DNA of 60,026 nucleotides, filler included, from Sphacelaria rigidula (Eukaryota): NCBI GenBank assembly GCA_964200075.2. It is 8 parts of 8 records of this genome, joined end to end, with 100 filler letters (N's around TTAATTAATTAA, not from the genome) between each part and the next. Parts side by side here need not be neighbours in the genome. Positions count along the whole stretch, not along the records: positions 45,097 to 52,511 come from CAXNAA020015029.1; positions 52,612 to 60,026 come from CAXNAA020015030.1; 6 more parts are not named here. One strand, given 5' to 3'. The stretch's first letter is position 1, and each line of letters begins with the position of its first letter. A model generated the notes under the pieces. It was not told the origin of the DNA. It did no database searches and was given only the letters and a program-made list of their open reading frames with translations. This document shows positions 49,245 through 60,026 of the stretch, in pieces. The position numbers and the translations under genes are program-made.

Positions 49245-50352
49245 CGCCGCGGCCGCGGCGCGGGNNNNNNNNNNAAAAAAAGGCTAAAAAAAAAGCCCCA
49301 AACCCCCCCCCCCCCGGGACGGCGGGCCCCCCCCCCCCCCCCCCCCCCCTCGCCGCCAATTCTTCACACAGGGCTCCGAGAGAAGGGTGAAGATTATGAA
49401 TAGCAAAATGTTTGGACTAATCACAGCCTTGCCATGCACAAAAATGCGAGAAGGGCCCACCTCACCGGGACTAACAAAAGAAGCGAGAAACGGAACAGAT
49501 TTCTGCTTTTTGTCGGAGAAAAACGGCCGTAAAACATCATCGCAGAACAAATATAAAAAGTTGGTGACTTTCGGGAAAACATCGCAGATGTGTCGCAAGT
49601 CTTGCAGATATTTCCCGCAGGGACGACATTGGGTGTGTGAGACGTACACAATCTTGCTAACAAATATGTGTATGCAAAACAGCAACCAGAAACACCCAGG
49701 CGCCGCAGCAAAGGTATACGTGCCGGCACACTCGTGTATGCGAAGTGAAGGGCCATACTGTTTTTTAGAGCCCGAAAAAGAGAAAAGGCGCATGAAAAAA
49801 TTTGAGGCGCTGGTTCCCTCTTTTTAGGGACTGAAAAAGAAATAAGGCACACAAAAAAGAAAAAAGGCGCAAAAGAATAACAAAAATGTGCCGAAAACGA
49901 AAAAAAAAGAGGCGAAAAGCATGAAAACAGTACCCGAAAAACACGAGGAAAAGTAGTCAAGGATCCAAAGTCTACACCTCAGGCACACGCGAACCGCCGC
50001 TTGAATCATAGACCCGCGGACGAGCTGTGTGAGAGGCCGAGCCTCAATTTCTGGCGCTAACTAGTGTGCAGCCACAACAACCCCCCCACCCCCCCAACGA
50101 GACCAGTCGTGACATCCCTGGCCGGGACAGGCGGAGGGCGAGGTTCTCATCCTGATGCACAGCGTATACACGTAATCCCGACACGTTTTTTTGTACATAC
50201 TTGAGTCGGATGACCCAATCATTATGTTGGCATTTTTCAAACACTAGGCCGTGCGATAATGTTTTTTCTTGCATCAGATAGTTCGGTGCTCTCGAAACGA
50301 TTGCGGAGACGCGTGGCTACAGAAAATACCATCGGTCAATATCGTGACTCAC

Positions 50353-50764
50353 CGTTGCCGAGAATGCGCATGACCCCTGGCCCAAATTCGTGGTACACCC
50401 GACACGGCACGCAGTGATCTTGCTCGAAAATTGATCTCGCCGCGGATATCCGATGATTTCCGTCCAAGACGCGAAAATCACACGTCGAGAAAAACTCCGG
50501 CGTTATTCGTCCATCCTCCGGGACACCTTCATGCGGCATCACTATGGCTGGCGGATTGTGCGTGAGCCACCCCTTTGAGTTCAACGAAGTGATGACCTTC
50601 TCCACTCCACGAGGGTTCAGCTCGCGAGTGAGGGACGTCACGGTGATTCGAGATAACTTTATCGGAAACATACCTACGTATTGGCTGGTGAGAAGGCTTT
50701 CCGTGTTCCGCTGTACTGGCGCTACTGTCCCTAACGGCTGACTTCTGACATCAGGGGAATCCAT
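50353..50764 (-). CDS. ParB/Sulfiredoxin-like N-terminal domain, exon 1
   Basis: TRELNPRGVEKVITSLNSKGW...PAIV...FRVLDGNHRISAA...VPCRVY follows the ParB N-domain pattern. Donor G|GTGAGT. Confidence 0.8.
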
Positions 50765-51431
50765 TCGGCTGAAACAACGGTAGCCTGCTGCTTGAGTGTA
50801 GTGGTATGCAGGCAGCAGGCGGCAGTGCAGTGGGTTGTGTTATGGAGGGGGTTGGTGGGGCGGGGGGTGTAGAACGAGGGACGTCCAGAACATTCTAATA
50901 ACACGATTAGTTGCAGATCACGATCGGAACACGTTACCCACCTCACCCACGACACCACCTGCACTGGGAACGTGGCAACGTATCTGGGTTATGTCAGTAT
51001 CGCATGAGTACTAATAAGCCGTATTCTTCAATAATATCGTACTTGGTAACTAGTGCGACGGCGTGTTCCTTACAGGCTTCACTTTAGGTGGAATGGTGAC
51101 CCATTTGCAGCGCGTCAACTGACATACCATCGAAACAATCATACCAGTCAGGCAGGTGAAAAGACCTAATGATTCCGATATTTGTCGATATGTGTCCCAT
51201 TCTCTAATCGCGCTTCGGGTGCACATGGTCAGTTGCACACAGGACCACACGATATTTGTCCCGAGATTCTGGCGGTCAGGGCATGTTGATCTTAAATCCC
51301 GGAGAGATTGATCTAAACGTGGAACAGCGCCAACACCTTCGTTACTGTCCAAATATCACCGCCCCGCTCGTGCCGCCACAAACGTATCGGCATCGCCCAC
51401 TCTCAAACACCCACTCACCAGAGGAATTAGT

Positions 51432-51941
51432 GTGGAGCGTGCGTTTATGCCTATTACAGAGGCGGGTCGCCTCCTGTTCGCGACCTCGGTTGAACCCGCA
51501 GAGCGGAACCTCGAAGCATCATGTGGGCATACAGGCGGCTTGACTCCAAAAAGACGGCAATCCCCTCTCGAGTCGATCATTCCGGTGTCGGATGCAGCTC
51601 TCCCCACACAGCCGATGGCGCTGCAAGATATGCTTGCATCGAGTTTCGAGTGCTGCCGCAGTCTACGGTGTGTAGAGCAGTTCGTTGAAGGGACGCTTGA
51701 TGCTCGGAGGTTGGCGATGGAGCAAGAGGACCTCAGTCGTGTCGTAGCGCGCAAAGCAAGACTGGCTTGGGTTCGAGGGCACGTGCCGTATCAGAAACCC
51801 GGTAAGAACATGGGATCAAGGCATGCTTCCGACAGCGTGGTCTGCAATCGTTTCTTCGCTCGAGCCAATGGGGTGTTGAAGAACCTCGTTGAGAACGCCA
51901 AGAAGAACCCGGGTGCTCCATCGGTGTCGAGAACCACGTGA
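51432..51941 (+). CDS. Hypothetical ORF/exon divergent from the ParB-like gene
   Basis: 169-codon open frame with protein-like composition. No recognised motif. Confidence 0.25.
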   Translation: MERAFMPITEAGRLLFATSVEPAERNLEASCGHTGGLTPKRRQSPLESIIPVSDAALPTQPMALQDMLASSFECCRSLRCVEQFVEGTLDARRLAMEQEDLSRVVARKARLAWVRGHVPYQKPGKNMGSRHASDSVVCNRFFARANGVLKNLVENAKKNPGAPSVSRTT

Positions 51942-52443
51942 GTATGATCGCCAAGTTTGGGTAGATGTGTACAGCAGGATCCTTGTTCCCACCGTGACCT
52001 TTTATCATGACCGATTCCGCATTGTTCTTTTTAATTCAGGAGCCCAAATGTTTCGAACCGGCTGCCCGCTACGGATGTTTTCAAACAAGACGAAGCCTTC
52101 ACGCGTAGTACTGGAGTGCAGGCAGTAGTGCACAGCAGTAACACACGCACAGTAAACTAAGTTAAGCCTTCACGTGTAGTACCGTCGTGCAGGCAGTATT
52201 CAGTAGTCATATCCTCTGTTTCTGTATCCATTGCCATGGACGTGCATCTGCATGTGACCTCGAACCCTACAGTACAGTGAAAACGGTATACCGTAATTGT
52301 CGCGAGTCATAGCACACCCCCTCGACCAAATTTCAAAGCTCTACTCCACAACAAGAAGAGCATCAGTTCTGAAAAGGGTGACGCTGAAAAGATCTCGTCA
52401 ATAGCTGTCCGAAAACGCGTCATTTGGTATTGGCACCCTCTTC

Positions 52444-52511
52444 GAGTGATGCTGCGATAGGGTCTGCGCTTTTGCGGCCTGAGAGGAAATCGGGATTTAG
52501 GCATGTCGAAT
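52444..52511. mobile_element. Terminus of a Sola2-type MITE (family of 36381-36638)
   Basis: GAGTGATGCTGCGATAGGGTC.GC.CTTTT.CGGCCTGAGA matches the right end of 36381-36638. Confidence 0.75.
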
Positions 52512-52611
52512 NNNNNNNNNNNNNNNNNNNNNNNNNNNNNNNNNNNNNNNNNNNNTTAATTAATTAANNNNNNNNNNNNNNNNNNNNNNNNNNNNNNNNN
52601 NNNNNNNNNNN
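52512..52611. other. Artificial contig linker
   Basis: N-run + TTAATTAATTAA + N-run. Confidence 0.98.
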
Positions 52612-52674
52612 AGGGATGCGAGGTCAATGGTCTGATGACTATGGCATGCATGATCATGAGTACACCCCCCCCCC
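52612..52674 (+). mobile_element. 3' end of the second oligo(C)-tailed LINE-like family
   Basis: AGGGATGCGAGGTCAATGG...ATCATGAGTACA-C10. Confidence 0.75.
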
Positions 52675-53934
52675 TTGAGGCGCAACGATCGCATGTTGGA
52701 AACCTGCACCCGGGTTCCAACGACCACCAACGTGGAGTGAGATCAACGGAGTGTACAGAGCGTGACAGGTGTTGATGAAAACTCATACTTAGAGCGAGGC
52801 TCGGCATCTTATTTTCTTTCCGAATCCAGCAGAAATGCTTGAATCCAAATTCTTATTGTTCGAAGAGGTGCAAAACGGCGAATGCTCACTTTGGAAATTC
52901 TTATTTTGCACAGGCACAGGAGTAAGGGGAATCCAAGGTACCCCCCTACTCTTGTCCTCTGCCACAAGGAAGGGGCTGCAGATATAGTACTGTACCGTGC
53001 GCCAGCAGTAAGCAGTACGTTAACCAGTCTTGTTCCGAAAGACAACATCGGAACAAAATACAGTGCAGTACTGTACGAGTTTTGTACAGATTGTCATTAT
53101 TCATGGGGTGTCCCAGTAGAGATCAATCTTGTTTGCCAGTTTAAGAGAGGAGGCAGCTTCGTTGGGGGCCTGCTGTAGCCATGATGGCTGTGGAGGCAGT
53201 CTCTCACTACTCTGAGATGCAGTTCATTCTTGCAGATTGTTACCTGCCGACCCCCTTGCACTTTCCGATTTCTAATTATCCTCTTCCCCTTGCGTTTACC
53301 ACGAATGCTCACCTGTATCGTCTTAAGTTTACAAAAAAAAGCGAGCCTGAAATTATTAACCACGAACTTTCTAGCATCTGTCGCGCTCTGTAATTATACA
53401 TGAATTTCGAGTTGTGAAGTTGGACGTTACCACAATACGACACGATGATCGGATGCGGCGACCATGACAGATGATGGTGCAGCAAGAAAAACTCCGTTGT
53501 CGTTGGACCTCACAGCACGAGAACTGCAAGATTGGAGGCACTTGGGATCGAAAGCATTGACGTGCAATCTTACCCCACCCACCCCCCGGTACATTCGCTG
53601 ACCGTAGATGTGGAAGATCCCCAAGACTCAAAGTTGGGATGCAACGTCTGGAGCACTTCTCAGGCGCCGGCCGCGGCAGTCCGAACGTGAGATACGGCAC
53701 CGCAATCGATCTCGAGGTAAGAGCACCACAACGCCCTTGATGCAGTAATACCGCGGGAAGTATAGGTGCGAAAGATCGCGGGCACCTGAGGATCGTGGGT
53801 TTCGAACGGAATTGAGTATGCATACATCTCGGAATGACATCCTGTCCCATGTTCCGGCGCTCGCAAAAGTAAAATGATCACACAGCTAACACGGTGTGCC
53901 CATATATCGTTATTCCGTATCCTCCTAACAGGTT

Positions 53935-56900
53935 GTGAAGTGCCTACACCATTCCCAGCGCCATCCCGTCCGACACATGCCACCTCCGTGGTTGACAGCA
54001 GATCCCGACCGACACACTCCGAACGTACAACGCCGGGGGGAATCTGAGGGAGATTGCCGGGGGTCACGCGGTGAAGTGAGCGCAGTGCGAGAGTCGCTGA
54101 GCCCCTCATCACACGGAAAAGAGACGGCGATTGTACTGTTTTCTACCTCGAAGGCGTCAATAGCGTCTGCCGATGGCGCAGCTGTAGAAAACCAGGGGTT
54201 GGCGGAGGGGTGCAACAACCATTGGAGTGCAGAGCGCAACGATCTTGGATCTCGATCGGGCGGGGAACGCGCGACTCGTGAAATCTCGACTGCTACGGCG
54301 TCCGAAAACAACCTGCGGGAGCTATCGTGGAATCCGCCGGCAGTACCTCTCAAGGAAGCGAGTAAGATCCCCCGCAAAAATGAGGCAGCTGCCAGCGGTA
54401 GGCTGATCGAGGTGCAGAATTCAATTCCGTCTCCAAGGCGAAGAAAAGACGTACCCCGCCCAAGTCCGGTAAAGGCACACCCGCACATGCTCACAAACGT
54501 ACATCAAGACGAAAGACGAAGGCGACAAATCACCCGGACGTTGATAGCTCATGTAGAGCATGGGACGAACAACAGAAGGCTGCAGTGCAGCATAGTATTG
54601 AGGCGAAGGAAAGTCAACTGGTTGGACAACACTCTCCCGGGGAAACACCGACATCCGCATCCCCCGACAACGCAAAACGAGGTCCGGTTCCAGGGTCACC
54701 GGGAGGGTATTCCACTCCATCGGGACGAAGTAACAAGCGACCAGGCTAACCGCACTCGTCGACAACAAAACCTTCAGACGCATCGACGTCAAGATCGAAG
54801 CGGAAAAAGGAGAAGAAGGCTGATGTTGCTGCCACCCCCGGGGTCGATCCAGGGAAGATTGAAGGTGTCAACACCTCATCTGCGGCGGGTTCGGGACAAG
54901 AGAAAGTAGCGCCGGCGCCAAGGAACAGGGCTGCCACCGAGGTGATAAGAAATCGCAAGCGCCGGTCATCACGATCTGATGCTGATCGTGAAGAACATCG
55001 CGCGCGCGGTGCAAGAGGGAGGATACCAACGCGTCGTCGTAGCTGTCAAGGCCCCCCAGGAACCGTGATAGCTGCAGGAGGGATATTTCCGCGCACCGGC
55101 TAGATCCAATCCGGTTATTTGTAAAACTGGGCGTGCAAGATCTAAGCGGGGATGTGGTCGCGATGTGTGTGGCATACAGGTCACCCTCGTCGACGGCGGA
55201 TACAAGGATTGTTCTCCTTGCGGTCAGATACACGATCCGGTATCACGGCTGTGCTTCGCGTGCCATCGACAAGGTCCCGGCGAAGGCAACATCTGGCGTC
55301 ATCTAGGCGCAGCACGACTACCAGAGGCTCGGCTATTTCTGGGGTCATGTGCGGATGGTGATGATGTGCGCCCGGCTGCGCTTCTGCAGAACGATCACCC
55401 GAGTTCAGACTGATTATACAGTCGGCCTAATTGTTTGCTGCGCTCCCTTGAGCGACACAGGGTTAGGAGTGATAGACGGGAGGCAAAGTTCGCTCGTCTG
55501 CCTTACTCCACACCTCCGCCTGTCGGTTTCACCGCCCCCCCTACCCTTGCCGAGCCGAAGTTCATTGCAGAAGTATGCCGTAAAGTAATTGCGGGCCTTG
55601 ATGCGGGGCGCGTCGAGAGGCTGGACGATGTTCAATCGTGGTTGACAGAAGCCAGAACCGCAGGAAATGCCCGGGCTGTTCTCGACAAGCACACTAGGGA
55701 GCAAGGGGTGGAAATTTTCGATGCGGTGGCGGCGGATCGCACAGTCCACGAAAACATTGAGAGGGTAGGCTGGGTTGAGGGGATTGCGGGCGATGGACGA
55801 CGGAAGTCCATCTACCTTGTCCTTCGCACTGGGGCCCGAGGTTGCCGTGGCGGCCGACGTTGAACTTCGAGACATGCGTGCCAGAGTACAGGAACTGGAG
55901 CGTTCGGTCTGCCGTCTCAACGCCCAGCTCGAGAGTGGTCCGTCGCTTGAATCCGCGCTCAAGCGAGTGGTGGCTGCGGGTTCGGCGGAGGAGAAACGGG
56001 CCGCGGTCATAGCGGCCAGGTCTTTCGTCAGGATGGACATCGAGCGTGCGCAAGAGCTGCAAGACGTATCGGGGGATAGTAACGAGAAATACGCAGCTGA
56101 CGTCTCGAGAATTATTCGACCCATAGATCATTTTTTTACCCATGATACGTCGCCGGCACTGTTGGCACCCGTGATACGCCGCCGGCATTGTTGGCATTAT
56201 TGAGCAGTCTGTGCCATTTGAAGGTGCCTAGCACCGCCGCGGCCGATAATGTTGTCATGTCAGCGGCGCGGGGTGGGGGGACGCGGCTGGTGGGCACCGC
56301 GAACGGTACTGCACAACTGGAACAGGGGGGGGCAGCTGACGGGGAGTCGGCGGTGCCCCGCGCCAACGCAAGTGTGCATGGATCGACGCGACGGGAGAAG
56401 GCTTTGCGAAAGAAGATGAGGAGCAGGAATAAGCGGCTGGGGAGACTTCACATGCTGGCGCAAAACCTCGTGAAGACCATTTTAGGTCGGAGATTTAGAG
56501 CAATACATGAGTTCCATTTGGCGCAGGTGTTGAAAACGCGCGGGATGCCCGTGGCTGTCACCGATTTCGTCGCCGCGCACGGATTCTGCATGACAGAGTC
56601 GATGCGGTACAAGCGTGAGCAATACTTCGTGAAGTGGAGGTTAGACAAGCATGTGATGACTTTTGTGCTGAGGGTTCCTGCGACTGCTTGAGACGAGTGC
56701 GATTGTCGGCCCACGACGGCTGTTACTGGGGTCGGCGCACATGTCAGGACTATAGCTTCGACCTGCGTGGCTGTCGAAAACCTGCCAGGGCATCTGTTGC
56801 TCATGCGGGCGCACCGCCGGCAACGAAGCCTTGCGGCTGCGAACATGACGACGGGACCCACCTGGCACATGGATGGGGGGTAATGGGGTCGCTACCTCTC

Positions 56901-58640
56901 AGCCTTCGACGATGCCGCATTCCGATGCGCGGTGGCAAGGATCGTAGGCGAAGGTGGCGATATCTACACGTGCTTGGAGGTCGAACAAAGACAGATCAAC
57001 ACAGTTGTCCATTTTTGTAGACTCTTTGTCTTGACGCGTACGCGCACTTTTCGAAGCCTCCCTTTTCAATGTTGGTCCGTTTTTTTCGGTGAAAACGTGG
57101 CAACATGGCGCCTGTGTGCCTTTGGCCCGGCATAGTGTCTCGCATGAGATTATTTATTCTGCATTGGCGCTGTGTTCACATTAACTTGACGCCGTTCATA
57201 TATCGGTGAATCAGTTGCTCAATGACGACATATATCCCCACAGTCGTGGCGCCCCGGTGATCCGATTTGATTTATTCGCATGAAGTAGTTGGGAAAGTCG
57301 CGTTTTCGACATCCCTGATTTAGCCGTTCGTGTCTTGTCTGTCTAGTGTTTGATCTCCGTCGTGGGAACACAGGTACACTGGTAGAACCTTGGAAAACAT
57401 CCCAGGGGATGCAGGAGTGCTTCTCTCACTTGGGAATCGAAATTTGAAGTCGTGCGCAGTGGGAGAGGTGGGGTGATGCCGCAAGAGCACGTGCCCACCA
57501 TGTGAGAGGTTGGGCGATGAAGTGTGAGGGTAAATAAATATCTGACGGTGTGTAGCCCCCACATCACCCACTCTCGTTTCGTCTCCCAGTCGAATTATCC
57601 CCACACGGGATACCTGTGATGCAGCGGCAGTCGCAGGAGTTCAGGTACCTCTTCATGCAACTGGACACGACGAAGAGTTGGTCTGACTCGAAAGCCGCCA
57701 TCGATCGACTTGCTGAATATGCCGCGTGGATGAGAGGGGCGCCGCGGCGGCATGTATGGTCGCCGGCGATGAGGAGATATTTCGCTTCATGTATCACCTC
57801 ATACGGAGTAACCCCAGCCACCATCACTTGCTCAGAATATACGTGGGTGACTGGCACGTTCTCTACCATATGGTAAAGGCAACCATGGTACGGTATTGGG
57901 GGGTGGGGATAGAGTACATCGCAGAGGCACTTGGCTTGGACGGATCAAAAGCATCAGAGGCGAGCAACTATCGGGTGGCACACCATACCATCAGCGTGTT
58001 CTTCGAAGCAATGTCGGGTAAAATTGCCATGTATTACTCCGAGCATGGCGCCGACATGGACATCATTATCATTGGAGCCGCGGCGGGCGATGTCGATCCA
58101 GCACTGGGTGCTGCCACAGCACCAGCATCGAACATCGCGGAAACATCAGAGCGAGCACCGAGCGCTCCCACGACACCACCCGGGCCCCCAGACGCCGCCA
58201 GTAAAGTGGAACCTGCGGGAGCTGCGGCGGCATCGCATCTGCCCAAGGATGGACCTAACCTGTAGAGAAAGTTGAAGACGTGTATTGTGTAGATAGACTG
58301 CGCAGGTATATATGTGACCGTGGCTGTTGTTGTATCCTCCACTAGGTATTCATAGCCCGCGCCTTGTGTTGATAGAAAAGGTGTGTTGCGCTTGGTGTGA
58401 TGCGCCCTTGGGTGCACATGAATACGGCGAGTAGTCCGGCCATGCGCTCCTGCGAATCGCTCCACATTGCTTCCACAACTGAAGCACTCTTGAGCTTGAA
58501 GGAGGGATAGTAGCTAGTTGTACCACCCTGTAGAGTTTCAGCTTGCAGACATCCGTACAATATCAGTAACCTCCAATTGCGTGTCCGAGGGGCATGTTGG
58601 AAAATGACGTTTTCGCTTGTACAAATAGTAAGTACTTTTT
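53935..58640 (+). pseudogene. Decayed large transposase, DUF6589/KDZ(Zisupton-related)-like
   Basis: Chain of frameshifted ORFs: Cys-rich part (55165), HLAQVLKTRG...FVAAHGFCMT (56520), VAGDEEIF...YVGDWHVLYH...YWGVG..IAEALG...NYRVAH (57760-57985) and FACTN..Y (~58610). Confidence 0.55.
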
Positions 58641-59718
58641 TTAGGGGTATCAACCGCTGGTTTGTGAGCTGTACCGGGTGGAATTGAGCCAGACTTCGAT
58701 TAGAACGCAGCTTCGAATACATGCTACAGCTGTGTACCACTATCGTTGTGATCCTACCTTCTATACACTTCTTTGACTCCGTCGTGTCTTCGGTTTGGGG
58801 GTGTCGATGGGGAACGTGACACTATTTCCCGGCGCAACACCGACCGCCTGTGGCACAAGTACAAAATGCAAATGGTGAGCATTACTACCATCTGCACGCA
58901 GACTAGATGATGGCCTCGAGTGTACAAAGCCCCAAGATTTTTCCCATAGACTAAAAGGTGGGGTTCTGAAAACTGACTTCCTCTGAAAAAGTCAGAGAAA
59001 AGTCGTCCTGCCAAGGGTCTGTCAAAAATATATTTCGGGACACGTAGGCCCCAAGATCGAAAATTCGAGTTTTTGAGGGCGGGGGGGACACGCAGCCTGC
59101 TTACCCCTTGTTTATTGCCGAGGCGTTGGCGGATGCGGTCAGCTGTTGTGTACAGAGATCCTTGGCATGGAGACCGCTGAGATGACGGACACACGGCACC
59201 TCCAAGCTCATCACCTACCATGATTACATTTATGGGACAATGTTCCGTGTCGTGTGCCTCGACTACCGACCACTAGTGGTCCGGGAAAAATTGGCGAAGC
59301 GTGAGATAATGTCGCTACTTTGGCTACAGCCTGTCGCTACCGTGCGCTTGTGTATTGTGCAAAGATGTTTGTGAACGTTGACGGCATCCGAGGTCAACGG
59401 GACAGGGCGGGCAAGGAGCAGAAGCAAAAGTAAACAAACCTCGCAAAGCCCGCCAGATGTTAAGGTTTTGTTCAGTGTTTGTAAATCAATTTATTTCAAC
59501 AATTGCAACAAAAATTGAAAACATTCACGAAAATTCACAAGAAAAAACGCGAAAAATCATGACAATTTTCGAAAAAAAATCCCTCCGGGACGGAGTTGGG
59601 GGGGGGGGGGGGGGGTGTCGCCCCACAAAAAAATATGCTACCCACACCCCNNNNNNNNNNACAAAAACACAAAAAAAAAAAAAACACAAAAAAAAATCTA
59701 AGAATGGAACCAAACCGT

Positions 59719-59753
<35 letters not shown>

Positions 59754-59967
59754 CTCCGTGTCCGAAAAAATTGTCTTCACAGACCCTTCGTCCGCCCGAA
59801 GTTTTTCAGTGACTTTTTCCAGTCTGTAAGAAGCGGGCTAAGGGACAGCAGGGACGGTACTGAAGCGATAGCGTACGTCTATGACCACGGGTCCGGGAGA
59901 GGGACTAACGTGCGGAAATAAGAATAATAATACTTTCTCTCAAACTACTCGTACTGCATTTAACAGT

Positions 59968-60026
59968 GTTTTCGTGAGATTGAGAGTAGATGATACGATT
60001 GAGAGTGAGAAGCGGTCAATCAGTGA
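59968..60026 (+). repeat. Dispersed repeat (same as 29705-29762)
   Basis: GTTTTCGTG...GAGTAGATGATACGATTGAGAGTGAGAAGCGGTCAATCAGTGA. Confidence 0.75.

Noticed and set aside
49137-49400. Pro/Gly-rich ORFs (also 59457-59921)
   Set aside because: Produced by long C/G/A homopolymers around small N gaps; low-quality sequence.
50353-50764. Bacterial or plasmid contamination as the source of the ParB-like domain
   Set aside because: Canonical in-phase spliceosomal donor and acceptor, and the contig shares MITE and LINE families with the other contigs.
50336-58265. ParB-like gene and DUF6589-like transposase as one element
   Set aside because: Separated by an artificial linker at 52512-52611, so linkage cannot be inferred here.

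Overview
Eukaryotic, repeat-rich DNA, most likely from a brown alga. That assignment is an inference from spliceosomal GT-AG introns of 0.1-2 kb and a LINE ORF2 C-terminus I recognise from Ectocarpus-type elements. The window is NOT contiguous: it is 8 unrelated contigs of 7417, 7417, 7416, 7416, 7415, 7415, 7415 and 7415 bp, sorted by size and joined by 100-bp N/TTAATTAATTAA/N linkers, so no synteny can be read across linkers. Gene content: (i) an uninterrupted ~21-repeat P-type PPR gene; (ii) nine phase-consistent exons of an RNF213/mysterin-like AAA+ gene; (iii) a spliced gene joining an N-terminal ParB/Srx-like DGNHR domain to a C-terminal PHD-like zinc finger, the most unusual signal here and invisible in the ORF track because the finger is split by an intron. 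Mobile DNA: decayed Ty3/gypsy elements, a LINE family ending in oligo(C) and repeatedly found at C/G runs, a decayed Sola2-type transposase with a Tudor-like C-terminal extension, a decayed DUF6589/KDZ-like transposase, a tRNA-derived SINE, and MITEs of piggyBac, PIF/Harbinger, Sola2 and CMC type. All family calls come from motif recognition by eye; no database search was run.
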